A stretch of 63,824 nucleotides of DNA, counting the filler, from Octopus bimaculoides (taxonomy: Eukaryota): assembly GCF_001194135.2 (NCBI RefSeq). It is 5 parts of 4 records of this genome, joined end to end, with 100 filler letters (N's around TTAATTAATTAA, not from the genome) between each part and the next. Parts side by side here need not be neighbours in the genome. Positions count along the whole stretch, not along the records: positions 59,636 to 63,824 come from NW_026354253.1; 4 more parts are not named here. One strand, given 5' to 3'. The notes below the pieces were generated by a model. The model was not told the origin of the DNA. It worked only from the letters and a program-made list of their open reading frames with translations, and searched no databases. The position numbers were made by a program, and so were the translations under genes. Below, one piece after another: positions 60,256 to 63,824 of this stretch. Position 1 is the first letter of the stretch; every line of letters starts with the position of its first letter.

Positions 60256-61159
60256 TTTTCATTAATATTTATAAGAGATTACGTTTTGTTGCTGTTAAAA
60301 AAACATTTGAAATTGAAATGATTAAGTGAACTTGCAAAATTTTTCCAGCAGGAGTAGTTTACCTTTGTCATGTTTCGGTTAAAAATCTTTTGATATCTAT
60401 GATTCACAAGAAAACGAAAATAAATTAAATGCAGGAAATATTTAGCGGAAAATTGAATTATACCACTAAACAATGCTTTATAGAATAGATAAAATGCACA
60501 GCCAGAACTTAAGCAGACGGTAAGTTTAGATCTAGAAGAAGGAAAAGTTCGCAAAATCAGACAAAGTCAGATAAAAACCTAAAATCTTTCTTTAACGAAT
60601 CTTTTCAATTTAGTTAAAAGGATTAAATTGAGGAAATTTCACAGCAACTTTCAGAGTCGTTTTAACAAGTGTTTAACATCATTACGATATTTCAAGAAAA
60701 TTCATGTACCATCGAACAAGAGAAAAAATGTTTTAGCATAGAGAAAAGCGCACATATCCGTTATCTAATAATACTATTGACATTTTCAAAAAATATGGCA
60801 TCAATACATACGACTCCACAAACTTGGAAGCTAAATTAATTGTCACTACACTTAATGTAAAAGGCAAAATAGAACATTTAGCGTGCATAACGTACATTAC
60901 TCATAAAGATCACAAGGTTAATTTTTGCAGTAAACACCAAATGCAAGTTATTCAACCAGTCTAAAATTAAATTAGAAATAGTTAGCAAGCATATCCTAGG
61001 TTCAATTATATCTAGAATATCAAAAAAGCAACTTAGCTATGGAACAACAGTACGTCCATAATAGACGGGTTAAACGTTATTAGCGACAAACAACACTGAC
61101 AATTTGCTGTTTGATATTATAGAATTCTTCGCTTCCATCACACACACTCTTACTGTCTG

Positions 61160-61203
<44 letters not shown>

Positions 61204-61554
61204 TATGCATAAACAAATATGTATAAAAACATTTATATGAATATATGCAAACACCCACAGACATTATTTGCAGCCATAGATATATACTTAGGCATACATA
61301 CAGACATGCACAGACACTCACACATATACATACATTGTCTCAATGACTTCCAAAAGTTAAAGAAGTACCACATACCAGTGATGTATTGGGGATCTGTACT
61401 TTAAACCAGTCATAACCATCTCAACATATTTTATATCGTCTATGCAAAAATTCATAAATTTCCAAGCTCTTTCTTTCTTTCTTTCTTTCTTTCTATATTT
61501 GTTTATTTATTCAATTTTATTCAAACAATTAGTAATCGGACACTCAACAACAGC

Positions 61555-61588
<34 letters not shown>

Positions 61589-62663
61589 GGCGCATCAAAA
61601 TTAAATTTCATATTCTGCTGTTGTTATAGAATTTATGAAATGGAAGCCATAACGACCATTCTTCTTTCNNNNNNNNNNNNNNNNNNNNNNNNNNNNNNNN
61701 NNNNNNNNNNNNNNNNNNNNNNNNNNNNNNNNNNNNNNNNNNNNNNNNNNNNNNNNNNNNNNNNNNNNNNNNNNNNNNNNNNNNNNNNNNNNNNNNNNNN
61801 NNNNNNNNNNNNNNNNNNNNNNNNNNNNNNNNNNNNNNNNNNNNNNNNNNNNNNNNNNNNNNNNNNNNNNNNNNNNNNNNNNNNNNNNNNNNNNNNNNNN
61901 NNNNNNNNNNNNNNNNNNNNNNNNNNNNNNNNNNNNNNNNNNNNNNNNNNNNNNNNNNNNNNNNNNNNNNNNNNNNNNNNNNNNNNNNNNNNNNNNNNNN
62001 NNNNNNNNNNNNNNNNNNNNNNNNNNNNNNNNNNNNNNNNNNNNNNNNNNNNNNNNNNNNNNNNNNNNNNNNNNNNNNNNNNNNNNNNNNNNNNNNNNNN
62101 NNNNNNNNNNNNNNNNNNNNNNNNNNNNNNNNNNNNNNNNNNNNNNNNNNNNNNNNNNNNNNNNNNNNNNNNNNNNNNNNNNNNNNNNNNNNNNNNNNNN
62201 NNNNNNNNNNNNNNNNNNNNNNNNNNNNNNNNNNNNNNNNNNNNNNNNNNNNNNNNNNNNNNNNNNNNNNNNNNNNNNNNNNNNNNNNNNNNNNNNNNNN
62301 NNNNNNNNNNNNNNNNNNNNNNNNNNNNNNNNNNNNNNNNNNNNNNNNNNNNNNNNNNNNNNNNNNNNNNNNNNNNNNNNNNNNNNNNNNNNNNNNNNNN
62401 NNNNNNNNNNNNNNNNNNNNNNNNNNNNNNNNNNNNNNNNNNNNNNNNNNNNNNNNNNNNNNNNNNNNNNNNNNNNNNNNNNNNNNNNNNNNNNNNNNNN
62501 NNNNNNNNNNNNNNNNNNNNNNNNNNNNNNNNNNNNNNNNNNNNNNNNNNNNNNNNNNNNNNNNNNNNNNNNNNNNNNNNNNNNNNNNNNNNNNNNNNNN
62601 NNNNNNNNNNNNNNNNNNNNNNNNNNNNNNNNNNNNNNNNNNNNNNNNNNNNNNNNNNNNNNN

Positions 62664-62711
<48 letters not shown>

Positions 62712-62984
62712 GTATATGGAATTTAGTAGGATTCAATGTGAAGGAATAAATTTAATGAAACGGTGTTAGTGTTTCTCAACAAGGCAGACGATTCTTCATT
62801 CTTAGAAATGGAGCGGCAGGAAATACAAACAATTAAGAGGTTAAAAGAAGCAACCCCCCCAAAGAAAAAACTATAATAATCACCCACCAAACAAAAACAA
62901 TAAACAATAACAAAAATCGAAAAACAAAACCAACAAATAAAGCAACTTGAGATTTCAACAAGCCTCAAATCACCATTTTTAATT

Positions 62985-62998
62985 TTAAAAAATTAAAC

Positions 62999-63071
<73 letters not shown>

Positions 63072-63133
63072 TATTATTATTATTATTATTTTACTATTAT
63101 TATTTATTACCATCATTATTTTCTTCTTCATTC

Positions 63134-63170
<37 letters not shown>

Positions 63171-63190
63171 TTTTGTTGTTGTTGTTGCTT
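62985..63190. repeat. (ATT)n-(CAT)n-(GTT)n compound microsatellite
   Basis: Read directly from the sequence. Confidence 0.93.
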
Positions 63191-63298
63191 CTGTTATCTT
63201 TTTCCTTTTCCATAAGATGTTATGTAACCATTACAGAATTGCACAACTTAATTAGTCATATAACAAAACTAAAAATTATTATAACAAATAATTCCGAC

Positions 63299-63380
63299 AG
63301 GTTAATGATAAACTGCGACGAAAGGTTAATGATTAACTGTGACGAAAGGTTAATGATGAATTGTGATGAAAGGTTAATGG
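63299..63380. repeat. 24-bp tandem repeat x about 3.3
   Basis: AGGTTAATGATAAACTGCGACGAA and variants. Confidence 0.85.
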
Positions 63381-63544
63381 CTGCAATATTAATCATCATG
63401 GATGTGGTTTTAGTAGGCGTCACGGTTGACACGTCTCACTTTCGGTGTCGCCTTTTATATTCTGGTAATAAAGTAAAATCGTAAACATACCAAAAGTATG
63501 ACAGAGAATTCAGACGTTTGTGGAGTAGTAGTAAATTATAGTGT

Positions 63545-63755
63545 GTGTGTGTGTATGTACGTGTGTGCACGCGTGTGCATATTTTTTTGGAGCCCTAGAA
63601 ATGATTCTGTTCTCCATCACCGCTTGGCAATCATTGTTGGTGTGTTTACGTTCTGTAAATTAGCGGTTCAGCAAACTGCCTCCGACAAAGTAAGTACCTG
63701 GCTTTAAAAAGGAACTGGGGCCGAGGTCTAATGATATAAGATACAAGAAAAAAGA
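63545..63755 (+). mobile_element. SINE family B, 3' half, degenerate
   Basis: CACCGCTTGGCAATC..TGTTGGTGTGTTTACG...TAGCGGTTCAGC...AAGTAAGTACC. Confidence 0.7.
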
Positions 63756-63792
63756 TATATATATATATAATATAGAGTAAAATTAATTAATT

Positions 63793-63824
<32 letters not shown>

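Overview
Eukaryotic, AT-rich, repeat-dense genomic DNA from a gappy draft assembly (21 N-gaps, about 8.4 kb or 13% of the window). The SINE families and extreme microsatellite load look like an octopus genome; this is my recognition of the repeats, not a database result. I found no convincing intact host protein-coding gene, and almost all listed ORFs are artefacts of microsatellites or N-runs. Real coding signal comes only from decayed transposons: a Penelope-like GIY-YIG element, three mariners and a maT-like Tc1/mariner, two restriction-like-endonuclease (R4/Dong/HERO-type) LINE ends, and RTE, Tx1 and CR1-type LINE remnants. There are also MITEs (piggyBac, Tigger/pogo, hAT), a non-autonomous Helitron, about 35 tRNA-derived SINE copies or fragments and two 5S rRNA-derived fragments. 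The most interesting structure is a ~670-bp foldback (15003-15677) of two head-to-head Penelope-type terminal repeats. Each arm carries a type I hammerhead-ribozyme motif, and the left one has an intact catalytic core and a palindromic stem III. Other leads are two 5S fragments each sitting directly upstream of the same SINE family, a short element found only inside (CATA)n/(TG)n tracts, and three different transposons stacked in one (TACA)n array. I see no evidence for a wholly new multi-gene system; the leads are RNA- and mobile-element-level.
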